64,000 nt of DNA, taken from positions 832,001 through 896,000 of the forward strand of contig CAWGJO010000020.1 in NCBI GenBank assembly GCA_963822945.1, given 5' to 3'. How positions within the stretch are numbered: the stretch's first letter is position 1; each line of letters begins with the position of its first letter. The translations under genes were made by a program, and so were the position numbers. Positions 53,328 to 64,000 of the stretch are shown here, in pieces. The stretch comes from an uncultured Gemmatimonadaceae bacterium. Lineage in GTDB: Bacteria > Gemmatimonadota > Gemmatimonadetes > Gemmatimonadales > Gemmatimonadaceae. The notes below the pieces were generated by a model. That model saw only the letters and a list, made by a program, of their open reading frames with translations, had not been told where the DNA came from and searched no databases.

Positions 53328-55557
53328 CTACGGCGCTTCGCTCTTCTCGTAGGGATGCCGATACCCGTAATCATACCCGTACCCCGCCCTGGCCCGCAGA
53401 CAGTTGAACACGAACCCGTCGGGCGTGATCCCGTTCTGCCGATACCGCGCGACCGCCGCATCGAGTTGGCGCACGGTGTGCTCGCCCGACCGCGCCGACC
53501 ACGATGTTCATGGCCGCCTGACGCGCCACGATGATGCCGTCGGTCACCGGCAGCACCGGCGGCGCATCGATGAGCACGAGGTCGAAGTCCCGGGCCGCCT
53601 GCTCCAGAAATGCCGCCAACGCCGGACGGAGCAACAGCTCGGCGGGATTGGGCGGATACACCCCGGCGGTCACCACGTGCAGGTTCGGAATGCTGGTCTC
53701 GCGAATCACCCCCGCGGCGGTCGCCGTGCCGCTGAGGAGCGCGGAGAGCCCGGGTTCCCGGGTGACGCCGAAATAACGGTGCAGATGCCCGCGGCGCATG
53801 TCGGCGTCCATTACCAGCACGCGGGTGCCGGCGTCGGCCGCCAGACGCGCCAGGTTGGCGCAGATGAAGCTCTTCCCCACGCCGCTCACCGGGCCGCTGA
53901 TGCACACCACCGGCTGCTCGGCGGTGGGCACGAGAAAATGAAGGCTCGTACGCAAGCCGCGAATGGCCTCGACCGCCGGATCGTGCGGCTTCTCTTCCGC
54001 CAATAGCGGCTCCCGCCGGCGATCGGGCAGCGCCTTCTCCCGCTTCGACTGCTCCACGCTGAACGGCAGCACGGCCACCACGGGCAGCCGGAACCGCGCT
54101 TCGATGAGCCCCGGATCCTGAACCCGCTGCACGAACGCCCGGCGCACGAACGCGGTGAGGGCGCCGAGGAACAGGCCGAGCACGAGCGCGACGATCACGA
54201 TCGTCGTGCGCGGCGGCCCGCTCGGCCGGTCGGGCTCGATGGGGAGATCCACCACGCTCAGGTCGCCCACCGTCCCGGCTTTGACCACCTGGAGCTGCTG
54301 GATGCTGGTGAGGAGCCCCGTGTAGAGATTCGACGCTACCGCGAGGTTCTCCTGAAGCTGCAGCACCGACTGGGCCGCTCCGGGAAGCCGCGCCACCTGC
54401 GCCTCCAGCAGCGCCCGCTGCCGCTGCAGCGTGTCCTGCTGCGCCTGCACCGCGCGGAGCGCCGGGCTCGAGGCGCCGAACTGCTGCTGCAGCTGCGCGC
54501 GTTGCAGGGCGGTGGTGGTGATCGACTGGTCGATGCTGCTCAGGCGGTCGAGCAACGCCTTGGACTCGTCGCTCAGGTTCAGCACCTTGTGCTTGGACTG
54601 GTACTCCCCCAGCCGCCGGCGCGCCGAATCCACGCGCTGCTGCATGAGCGGGAGCTGGTCCTGCAGGAAGTTGATCTGCGCCGCGGCCTGCTGCGACCGC
54701 AGGCTCCGATTGAGATCCACGTCGGCCGACACGATGGCGCCGAGCAGCCCGGTGGCCGTGCGCGGGTCGCCGCCCGACAGGGTCATGCGCAGGATGCCGC
54801 TCTGCGCCCCCTGCTCCTCCACCCGCAGCCGGCCGGCGATGCGCGACACCGCCTCCTGCCGGTCCAGCCGACGGAGCGTGAAGCTCACGCCGGGGCGCGC
54901 CGCGATGCCGGAAATGAGGATGGCCACCGAATCGGCGGCTGCCGCACCGCCGGCACGCGCCACGGTGCCGGTGGCGCCGGCGAGCAGGGCGTTTCCGTCG
55001 GGATCCTGCAGGCGGAAGCTGTCGGGCGCGGTGATGGTGAGCCGGAAGTCCTCGTCGTACAGGTTGCGGGGGATATCGAAGCGGCTGACGGTGACGTGGT
55101 CGTTGCCCCACGAATAGCCCGAGAGCCCGAGCCGGGCGGGGGCCGGACCCACGCCCCGATAGCGGCGCGCCACGAGGCCGCCGATGAGAGGGAAGCGCCG
55201 CGGCCGGACGAGCACGTCGGCGTGCTGTGCCTCGACGGCTGCCCGGAGTACGCTGGACGACTGCGCGAGCTGGATCTCGGCGGCCACGGGCAGCGCCGTT
55301 CCTTCGAGCATCGAGGAGAGGGTTTCGAGTCCCGAGAGCCCGCCCGCCTTCTGGTTCACCTGCAACAGCGCCGAGGGGGTGTAGACCGGGGCCGCGAACA
55401 GCGCATACAGCAGGCCGAGCAGGAAGATCGCGCCGGCGACGCCCGCCACGAGCCACCGGGCGTCGAACAGGATGTCGGCCAACTCGGCGAGTGAGATCTC
55501 GTCGGAGGGGGCGTCTTCCGCCGCCGGCTGGAGGGTGGGATCCGCCGGCGCCGTCAT
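53328..55557 (-). CDS. wzc: Wzc polysaccharide co-polymerase/tyrosine autokinase; frameshift ~53495
   Basis: DEISL, two TMs, coiled coil, Walker A GPVSGVGKS, DADMRRG, IDAPP; corrected C-terminus GYGYDYGYRHPYEKSEAP*. Confidence 0.93.
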
Positions 55558-56738
55558 GGGTGCACCAGGATCTTGGTCTCGTACAGTGTCTGCACGGTGG
55601 GAAGGATCTGCGAGATCACGCGATTCCAGGTGGAGAGGCCGGTGGAGGCGACGTAGACCACGTCCTGCGGCTGGAGTTCGAACTGCGTGGCGAGGAGCAT
55701 GGCGTCGGCCGAGCGGGCGTCGAGCCAGAAGACGCGGGGCTTGTCCTGCCCGCCGCGGAAGACGAACACGCGGGCCGGGTCGGAGGTGGTGAGGTTGAAG
55801 CCTCCCGCCTCGCCGAGCGCCTGGGCGAGGTTCAACGACCCGTTGCTCATGGGGTAGTTGCCCTGCTTGAGCACCTCGCCGATCACGTGCACCTGGTCGT
55901 TGGTGTTGTTGGGCACCTGGATGATGTCGCCGGGGTGCACGAGCCGGTCCTGCGTCTGGTCGCCGAAGAGGTAGAACTTCCGCAGGTCGAGCACTTCACG
56001 CCGTCCCTGGCTGATGACCGTCACGTGCGAGAGGTCGGCCAGGGGCAGCGAGGTGAGGTCGGTGAGCGTGCCCGATCCGCTGGTGGGGAGGGAGCGGATC
56101 TCCCCGCCGGCGGTGGCGATGGCCTGCGACACGGTGAGGGGGGCGTTGGTGAGCGCGTAGAGGCCGGGCTTGATCACGGCGCCGGCCAGTTGGTACGTCT
56201 GGCTGCGGAAGCCGACGACGCGCACGTCGATCTGGGCGTCCTTGGTGTATCCCTGGAGGGCCTGGGCGAGCTGGGCGCGGATCTCGTCCACCGTCTCGCC
56301 CGAGACCTTCAGCGCGCCGGCATACGGGAAGTAGATGGTCCCGGCGCTGCTGACCACGAATCCGTTGCCCTCGGCCGAGGGCGGGGAGAGCAGGATGCCG
56401 CCCATGGTGGAGTTGAGCGGGGTGGCCTGCGCCTGGGAGATGGTGAGCTCGGGATGGTTCCAGACGATGATGTTGAGCACGTCGTGGGGGCCGACGTGGT
56501 AGGTATAGGCGTTCGCAGCTTGCTGAAGCGCCGGGTTGACGCGTGGCGTGTCGACGGCGGCAGTCGCCGAGTTGAGCGCGAGGAGCAGGGCGGGCGTGAC
56601 CCGCTGGGTGGTGTACTGCGGGGGCGCGGGCTCGGCGCCCTGGGAGGGGGCGAGTTCGGGGTCGTAGTGCAGACCCGGGAGCGAGCAACCGGCCACCGCG
56701 AAGGCAACGAAAACTGAATACCAGAGGTCCTTCGCCAT
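55554..56738 (-). CDS. wza: Wza outer-membrane polysaccharide export lipoprotein
   Basis: Lipobox VAGC, YHVGPHDVLNIIVWNHPEL, GTIYFPYAG, FELQPQDVVYV, WNRVISQILPT. Confidence 0.94.
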   Translation of the reverse strand: MAKDLWYSVFVAFAVAGCSLPGLHYDPELAPSQGAEPAPPQYTTQRVTPALLLALNSATAAVDTPRVNPALQQAANAYTYHVGPHDVLNIIVWNHPELTISQAQATPLNSTMGGILLSPPSAEGNGFVVSSAGTIYFPYAGALKVSGETVDEIRAQLAQALQGYTKDAQIDVRVVGFRSQTYQLAGAVIKPGLYALTNAPLTVSQAIATAGGEIRSLPTSGSGTLTDLTSLPLADLSHVTVISQGRREVLDLRKFYLFGDQTQDRLVHPGDIIQVPNNTNDQVHVIGEVLKQGNYPMSNGSLNLAQALGEAGGFNLTTSDPARVFVFRGGQDKPRVFWLDARSADAMLLATQFELQPQDVVYVASTGLSTWNRVISQILPTVQTLYETKILVHP

Positions 56739-56938
56739 CAGAGACGCTCCATATGGTGGCTGCGCCCGCATCTCGAGCGTGCTCGTTGGGGGTGAAATTC
56801 GGACCATGGGGGGCGGGCGTCAACCAGTGGCGAGCGAGTCTATCCCGAGAGGGGTATACGGGGTAATTTGCTCACGAGTCAGAGCCCCCTAATTCAAACG
56901 CTAGTTGCCGGGCTCAAGTCCGGCGGGGAAACGTTGGC

Positions 56939-59501
56939 GTGAACCTGAAGCATGTGACGCGTGCGCTGGTGGTAATGGCGGCGGCGATCGTGGCGATGCC
57001 CACCGTGGCGCGGGCGCAGCAACTCCCGACCCAGTCGCAGGCGCAGCAGATGCTCAACGATCCGGCGATCGTGGCCAAGCTGAGGCAGGAGCTGCAGAAC
57101 AGCGGCATGACGCCCGATCAGATCCGTCAGCGACTGACCGCCATGGGCTACCCGTCGAGCATGCTCGACCAGGTGCTGGGCGGTGGCGGCGGGTCGGATT
57201 CGACATTCGCGCTGACCCCGGACGTGTTTGCGGCGGTGCGGCAGCTCGGTGTGATGGACTCCACGGCGCTGGACTCGCTGCGGATGGTGGGGTTCCGGCG
57301 GCAGCAGACGAAGGCGCAGAGCGACTCGGCGCTGCTCGATTCCATCGGCAAGGCGATCAGGCTGGACACGGCGGCGGCCAATTCGGTGCGGGCGCTGCTG
57401 GCCGCGCGGGCGGCCGACACCGCCGTGGTGGACAGCGGGTTCACGGTGTTCGGACGGAATCTCTTCCAGCAGCAGACCTCGCAGTTCGACGCCAACCTGA
57501 ACGGGCCGGTGAGCCCCGACTACCAGGTGGGTCCGGGTGATCAACTCGTGCTCACCCTGACGGGTGACGTGCAACAGGCCTACGCGCTCACGGTGACGCG
57601 CGAGGGGTGGATCGTGATCCCCAACGTGGGGCAGATCCCCGTGGCCAACCTGACCATGGCGCAGGTGAACGACCTGCTGTTCGCGCGGCTGTCCAGGGCC
57701 TACTCGGGCATTCGGCGGAAGAATCCGACCGCGCACTTCACGATCAGCGTGGCGGGGTTGGGCACGCGGCAGGTGTACGTGACGGGCGACGTGGCGCAGC
57801 CGGGGGCGTACCGCGTGTCGAACATGGGGACGATGCTCACGGCGCTGTACGCCGCCGGCGGCCCCACCGACAACGGGAGCATGCGGAGCGTGCAACTGGT
57901 GCGCGGCGGCAAGACCATCGACACGCTGGACGTGTACGACTATCTGCTGGCGGGCGGACGGCCAAGGATCTGCGGCTGCAGAGCGGGGACATCGTGTTCG
58001 TGCCGGTGCGCGGGGGGCAGGTGCGGGTGGCGGGGGCGGTGATGCGCCCGGCGACGTACGAGTTGAAGCCGGGGGAGACGCTGCCCGACGCGTTGCGGAT
58101 GGCGGGCGGGTTCCGGGCGACGGCCGACCGGCGGGCCATCCAGATCGAGCGGGTGGTGCCGCCGGGTGAGCGGACGACGTCGGGGAAGGACCGGACGATG
58201 ATCGAGGTGAGTTCGCCGCTGCTGGCCACGGGGCTGGGGCCGCGGGAGCCGCTGCAGGCGGGGGACATCATCCGGGTGGGGGAGATCGCGAAGCGGGTGG
58301 CCGACCGGATCTCGGTAACGGGCAATGTGTGGCAGCCGGGCACGTACGCCTACACGCCCGGGATGCGGTTGTCGCAGGTGCTGCGGGCGGCCGGCGGGCT
58401 CCGGCCCGACAGCTATCTGGGCAAGGTGAGCGTGCTGCGGCTGGAGCCCGACAGCACGCACCGGATGATCCAGGCGGCGCTGCGCGATACGCTGGGCACG
58501 CCGGTGCAGGACATCGCGCTGCAGGACGGCGATTCGATCCACGTGTACTCGCTCACCGAGTTCCGGCCCAAGCGGTACATCACCATCGGCGGCGCGGTGC
58601 AGAAGGGCGGCCAGTTCCCGTACCATGACGGGATGACGCTGCGCGACGCGGTGATTCTGGCGGGAGGGCTATCGGATGGGGCGCTGCTCACGGAGGCGGA
58701 GGTATCGCATCTGCCGGAGAACCGGGCCAACGGCGTGACGGCGGTGACGCAGCGAGTGCCGCTGGATTCCACCTATCTGTTCGAGCGGACGCCGGACGGT
58801 CGGTATCTGGGCCCGCCGGGCGTGCCGGCGCCGAGCGCAACGGCGCCGGAGGTGCCGCTGCGGCCGTACGACAACGTGTTGATCCTCACGCAGCCGGGGT
58901 GGGAGTTGCAGCGCACGGTGTCCGTGGACGGGCGAGGTGAGGTATCCCGGCGTCTATGCGCTGCAGAACAAGGACGAGCGACTGGCGGACGATGATCAAG
59001 CGGGCCGGCGGGCTTGACATCGGCGGCCTACGCGGCGGGCATGGAGTTGTTCCGGGGTAACGGTGTGGGGCGGATCGGCGTGGACCTGCCGAACGCGATG
59101 CGGGATCTCGAACAGCCGGGACAATCTGCCGCTGGTGAACGGGGATTCGATCAACGTTCCCCAGTATTCGGGAATCGTGATGGTTCGTGGTGCGGTGAAT
59201 TCGCCGGCGGCGCTGGCGTACGTGGCGGGGAAGAATCTGGACTATTACATCCGAGCGGCGGGTGGAGGGTCACCGACAGCGGATGTGGGGCGGGCGTACG
59301 TGACGCAGGCGAACGGGCAGGTGGAGAGCCGGAACTCGCATTTCTTCTTCTTCCACTCGACGCCGAAGCCGGGGCCGGGAAGCAAGCGTGTTCGTGCCGA
59401 CGGAGAATCCGGCGGACCGGATCAACTGGGGACAGATGGCGAGTACGACGACGTCGATACTCGGGAGTTTGGTGGCGATTTGGGTGATTGTGAAGAAGTA
59501 G
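56939..59501 (+). CDS. Large multi-SLBB polysaccharide export protein (KpsD-like); several frameshifts
   Basis: Signal peptide, YQVGPGDQL, IPNVGQIPV, ALYAAGGP, repeated SLBB units across frames; ends ...VIVKK*. Confidence 0.85.
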
Positions 59502-59701
59502 TAGGTCGTTGAATCGAGACCCGAATTGATCGGCAGTCCAACACGCGCAAGTCGTGTGGCAAATTGGCTGCGCGCCGGCGCCGACTGAACCGGCAGAAGA
59601 GTCTCTTGCCAGCGGGTATGTTGGTCCAGACGCCCACCTGACCTGTGCGGAAGTCTTTGAACGAACAACACGCAAACGTCAATCCTCTTCGGGGCGTACA
59701 T

Positions 59702-60379
59702 TTGAAGACGATTGCCTTGATACCAGCCCGCGGGGGTTCGAAGGGCATTCCTCGGAAGAAGATCAAGTCGCTCGCGGGCAAGCCGCTCATCGGGTGGACG
59801 ATTGAGGCCGCGTTGCGGTCCACGAAATTGGACTCGGTAATAGTCAGTACAGAAGATGAAGAAATTGCGGAAATTGCTCGAAGCTATGGTGCACACGTTC
59901 CGTTCTTGCGGCCAACAGAGCTAGCCGGGGACGACGTGCCAGGAATTGAGCCGGTAATGCATGCCATCGACCAATTACCGGACTGTGAGGCGGTGATGCT
60001 TCTCCAGCCGACATCCCCACTTCGCGCAACCGAAAGACATCGACGCCTGTGTCGAACTTGCGACAGCCCTTGACGCCCCTTCAGTGGTATCGGTATCCGC
60101 ACCAGAACAACACCCCTATTGGATGTATCGGATCGGGGCGGACCTTCGGCTTCAGCCTCTCTTGCGCGATGGGTTAGTCACTCGCCGCCAGGACATGCCC
60201 GCTGTTTATGCTTTGAATGGCGCACTCTACTACGCGCGTGCGGAGTGGCTTCGGCAGCACAGGATGCTCGTCGCCGAGACAGCACCGTGGCGTACGTGAT
60301 GCCGCCCGAACGTTCTCTGGACATCGACACGCCGCTGCAATGGCGGCTGGCCGAAATACTGCTAACAGGACCCCAATGA
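59702..60379 (+). CDS. Acylneuraminate cytidylyltransferase (NeuA/LegF-like); frameshifted
   Basis: IPARGGSKGIPRK, LLQPTSPLR, RRQD, NGALY, SLDIDT. Confidence 0.9.
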
Positions 60380-61373
60380 CTAGAGTTCTGGTTACTGGTT
60401 CAGACGGATTCATTGGATCGCACCTCACCGAGGCCCTGGTTCGTGCGGGGCATGATGTCCGTGCCTTCGTTCTCTACAATTCGTTCGGTCGGTGGGGATG
60501 GCTGGACTACTGTTCGGATGACGTCAGGGGCCGATTTGAGATCGTCTCAGGCGACATCCGGGATGCCAGCTGCGTGCGCGCGGCCATGAAGGGCTGCGAC
60601 CGCGTATTTCACTTGGCTGCGCTGATCGCGATTCCCTATTCCTATCGGGCGCCGGACACATACATCGACACAAACGTCAAAGGCACGTTAAATGTCGTCC
60701 AGGCTGCTCGGGAGCTGAGTGTGGAGAAGGTGATACATACTTCCACCAGCGAGGTGTACGGAACGGCGCGGTTTGTACCGATCACCGAGGCGCACCCGCT
60801 TCAGGGGCAATCTCCGTATTCAGCGAGCAAAATCGGAGCCGACCAAATTGCGCTCGCCTACTACGCGTCGTTCGGCACGCCCGTCGCTGTGCTCCGGCCG
60901 TTCAACACATATGGTCCGCGGCAGTCTGCTAGAGCAGTCATTCCGACCATCATCACGCAAATCGCAAGTGGGCAAACGCAGCTGAAACTCGGCGCTCTTT
61001 CGCCGACGCGAGACTTCAGCTTCGTCGCGGATACTGTGGCTGGCTTCATGGCTGCCGCTGATTCCCCCGCTCGATAGGCGAGGTCATTAATGTTGGAAGC
61101 AACTTCGAAATTTCGATAGGAGACACGGCGAGGCTCATCGCTGAAATCATGGAAAAGGACGTGTCCATTACAACCGACGAGCAGCGCTTGCGGCCGGAAA
61201 AGAGCGAAGTAGAGAGACTCTGGGCCTCGAATGAGAAAGCGGGTACACTCTTGGGCTGGCGACCGACGTACGGCGGGCTTGCCGGTTTCCGGCGAGGCCT
61301 TTCCGAAACCATTGAGTGGTTTCTGGCTCCTCAGCATCTGGCATCTTATCGATCGCACATCTACAACATATGA
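60376..61373 (+). CDS. legB: NAD-dependent 4,6-dehydratase, LegB-like; frameshift ~61075
   Basis: VTGSDGFIGSH, YNSFGRWGWLD, HLAALIAIPYSY, QSPYSASK, RPEKSEVERL. Confidence 0.85.
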
Positions 61374-62555
61374 CTTCCCTAGAAGGCGACGGAGCGCTCG
61401 CAGAGCAGATTGTTCGGGGCATCGAAGCAGTGGTTGGTCAGGGCCCGCGCGGACTCCACGAACCACATTTCGCTGGCAACGAATGGGCATACTTCAAGGA
61501 GTGCCTCGACTCGACATTTGTTTCATCGGTCGGTCCGTTTGTCGATCGGTTCGAAAGAGCGCTAAGAGAATACACGGGCGCGTCATACGCCATCGCTGTA
61601 GTGAACGGTACGGCCGCGTTGCACCTAGCTCTGCGCTTGGTAGGAGTGGAGCGAGACGACGAGGTGCTCACGCCAACGCTGAGTTTCATCGCGGCGGCTA
61701 ATGCCATTTCATATTGTGGCGCTATCCCCCACTTCGTAGAGAGTGAGGATAGTTCGTTTGGGATCGATGCTGGAACGCTTCGCGAGTACTTGCGCACGAG
61801 TTCTGATTGTCAATGGAGTGTGTATCAATCGAACGACGCAGCGTCGAATTCGTGCACTCGTTCCCATGCATGTCTTCGGTCACCCGGTGGATATCGAATC
61901 GTTGGTCGAAGTGCACGGGAGTTTCATCTTGAGTTGGTCGAAGACGCTGCCGAGTCGCTTGGGAGCACGATCGGAAGCCGCCACACCGGCACGTTTGGTC
62001 GTCTTGGAACGTTCAGCTTCAACGGCAACAAGACCATCACGACCGGTGGTGGTGGAGCGATCGTGACGAACGATGCCGAACTCGCGCGCCAGGCCAAGCA
62101 TCTGAGTACGACGGCGAAGGTGCCCATCCATGGGCCTTCATTCACGACGCGGTTGGCTACAACTATCGAATGCCGAACATCAATGCCGCGCTTGGATGCG
62201 CGCAATTGGAACAGCTTCCGGATTTGCTTGCTGCGAAGCGAGTCCTTTTGAGAAGTATCGCTCAGTCTTTGCCGGCTTACCCTCGGTGCGAGTTGTTGGT
62301 GAGCGCGAGGGCTGTCGCAGCAATTTTTGGCTTCAGACCCTTCTGCTGCACCCCAACATGGCGGACCAGCGCGATGACATTCTGCTAGCAACGAATGACC
62401 GCGGCCTAACTACCCGTCCCGCGTGGACGTTGATGCATCGACTGGCCCCTTATCGCTCGTGCCCAAGAATGGCCGTTCCGGTGGCCGAAGCCTTGGCGAG
62501 CCGCATCATCAACATTCCAAGCAGCGCGCAATTGGGAATGGCGGGGCGTCATTGA
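61370..62555 (+). CDS. legC: DegT/DnrJ-type aminotransferase, LegC-like; frameshifted
   Basis: LHEPHF, FVSSVG, NGTAALH, EDAAESLG, SFNGNKTITTGGGG, NIPSS. Confidence 0.85.
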
Positions 62556-62560
62556 CCGAG

Positions 62561-63181
62561 ATGCAGATCTTACTGATCGGCGCCGGAGGACATGCCCGTG
62601 CCTGTATCGACGTCGTCGAGGAGGCAGGGCGCTATGCAATTGCTGGCATCCTCGGTCTACCACATGAGGTAGGAGGGCGGATTCTCGGGTATCAAGTAAT
62701 GGGTAGTGACACCGAATTGCCCGTACTAGCCAGGAAGTTCGGGAATGCACTTATCGCCGTCGGCCAAATCAAGACGCCAGAAAGGCGAATGCAACTGTTT
62801 GCGCAACTTGAGCAGATCGGCTGCGAACTACCCACGGTGATTTCACCCTTCGCGCACGTTTCGAAACATGCGGTCGTGGGAGCAGGGTCAATCGTGATGC
62901 ACGGAGCGATCGTGAATGCCGGCGCGACTGTTGGCCGCAATTGCATCGTCAATAGTCAGGCGCTTATCGAGCACGATGTGGTTGTCGAAGATCACTGCCA
63001 CGTTGCGACGCATGCCGCCGTGAATAGCGGGGTACGGATTGGGGAGGGTTCTTTTGTAGGAAGTGGGGCTGTCGTTCGGCAAGGAGTGAAAATCGGTGAA
63101 AGGTGTGTGATCGGCATGGGCCAGAGTGTCCGGCATGACTGTGTATCGGGTCAGTGGATTCCACCGGTTCGTGTTCCATGA
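62561..63181 (+). CDS. NeuD/PglD-family hexapeptide acetyltransferase
   Basis: LIGAGGHA, hexapeptide repeats, IEHD. Confidence 0.92.
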   Translation: MQILLIGAGGHARACIDVVEEAGRYAIAGILGLPHEVGGRILGYQVMGSDTELPVLARKFGNALIAVGQIKTPERRMQLFAQLEQIGCELPTVISPFAHVSKHAVVGAGSIVMHGAIVNAGATVGRNCIVNSQALIEHDVVVEDHCHVATHAAVNSGVRIGEGSFVGSGAVVRQGVKIGERCVIGMGQSVRHDCVSGQWIPPVRVP

Positions 63182-64000
63182 GCAAGACTCTGATCATCGC
63201 TGAGGCCGGGGTCAACCACAATGGCGATATCGATCTTGCCTGCCAACTCGTTGATGTCGCTGCGGACGCTGGAGCAGATCTCGTGAAGTTCCAATCGTTC
63301 CGTGCGGAGCGGCTAGTGACCCCAGCCGCAGAGAAGGCAACCTACCAGTCGCGCACAACGGAGGCCGGCGAATCACAGTTCGGCATGCTCCAGCGGCTTA
63401 ACTCTCACGCCAGATGCATGAACGCCTGATCGCCCATAGCAGGCTCGCGGAATCCGTTTTTTCTCGACCGGGTTTGACACCGAGAGCGTAGACATGTTGG
63501 CCGACTTCGGATTGAATGCTTCAAGGTGCCGTCTGGCGAAATCACGAATCTGCCGTACCTGCGCCATGTCGGTCGTTTCGGAAAGTCGATTTGCTTTCAA
63601 CAGGGATGTCGACACTTGGAGAAGTCGAAGCGGCAATCAACGCATTGAGCAGGCGGACACCCCGTCAACGCATTACAGTGCTCCACTGCAATACCGACTA
63701 TCCGACAGCCATGGCGGACGTCAACCTGAGAGCCATGCAGACGATTCGCGCTGCATTCGGCGTCGCGGTCGGATATTCCGATCACACCCAAGGCATCGAA
63801 GTCCCAATTGCCGCGGTGGCTCTGGGTGCCCGTGTCATAGAGAAGCACTTTACGCTCGACCGGGCGCTTCCTGGACCGGACCATCGTGCAAGCATTGAGC
63901 CGGATGAACTGACGGCGATGGTGAGAGCGATTCGGAATATCGAAATCGCGCTCGGGGACGGCATCAAGCGCCCAAGTGGAAGCGAGAGAAGAACAGGCCG
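63178..64000 (+). CDS. neuB: Nonulosonic acid synthase (NeuB/LegI family); partial and frameshifted
   Basis: IIAEAGVNHNGD, VKFQSF, LHCNTDYPT, VGYSDHT, IEKHFTLDR, GPDHRAS. Confidence 0.9.

Overview
GC-rich bacterial chromosomal segment. Gene style and content suggest Gemmatimonadota (inference). Many single-base indels split otherwise intact genes and look like long-read consensus errors. From left to right: a partial Oar-like TonB-dependent receptor; tRNA-Phe; an ECF sigma/FecR/TBDR signalling unit coupled to a lipoprotein gamma-glutamyltransferase; a sodium:solute symporter divergent from a Bacteroidota-style SusC/SusD alpha-glucan locus (2x GH13, GH15, GH2); a Ser/Thr kinase; copA-csoR with its operator; an HD-GYP protein; Wzi; three secreted amidohydrolase-fold proteins (one with metal ligands, two without); a Tat-type class V aminotransferase; pal; a GT87/YdjC/GT2 trio; a Wzx/Wzy polysaccharide locus (wza, wzc); a large SLBB export protein; and the start of a legionaminic-acid-type pathway. 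No integrase, transposase or CRISPR was seen. The main unexplained signal is a family of short-period (6-, 7-, 8-, 15-, 16-bp) tandem arrays at gene junctions. It includes two copies of a 5x16-bp element and an octamer array inserted in-frame inside copA. I cannot confirm that any of these is a previously undescribed system.
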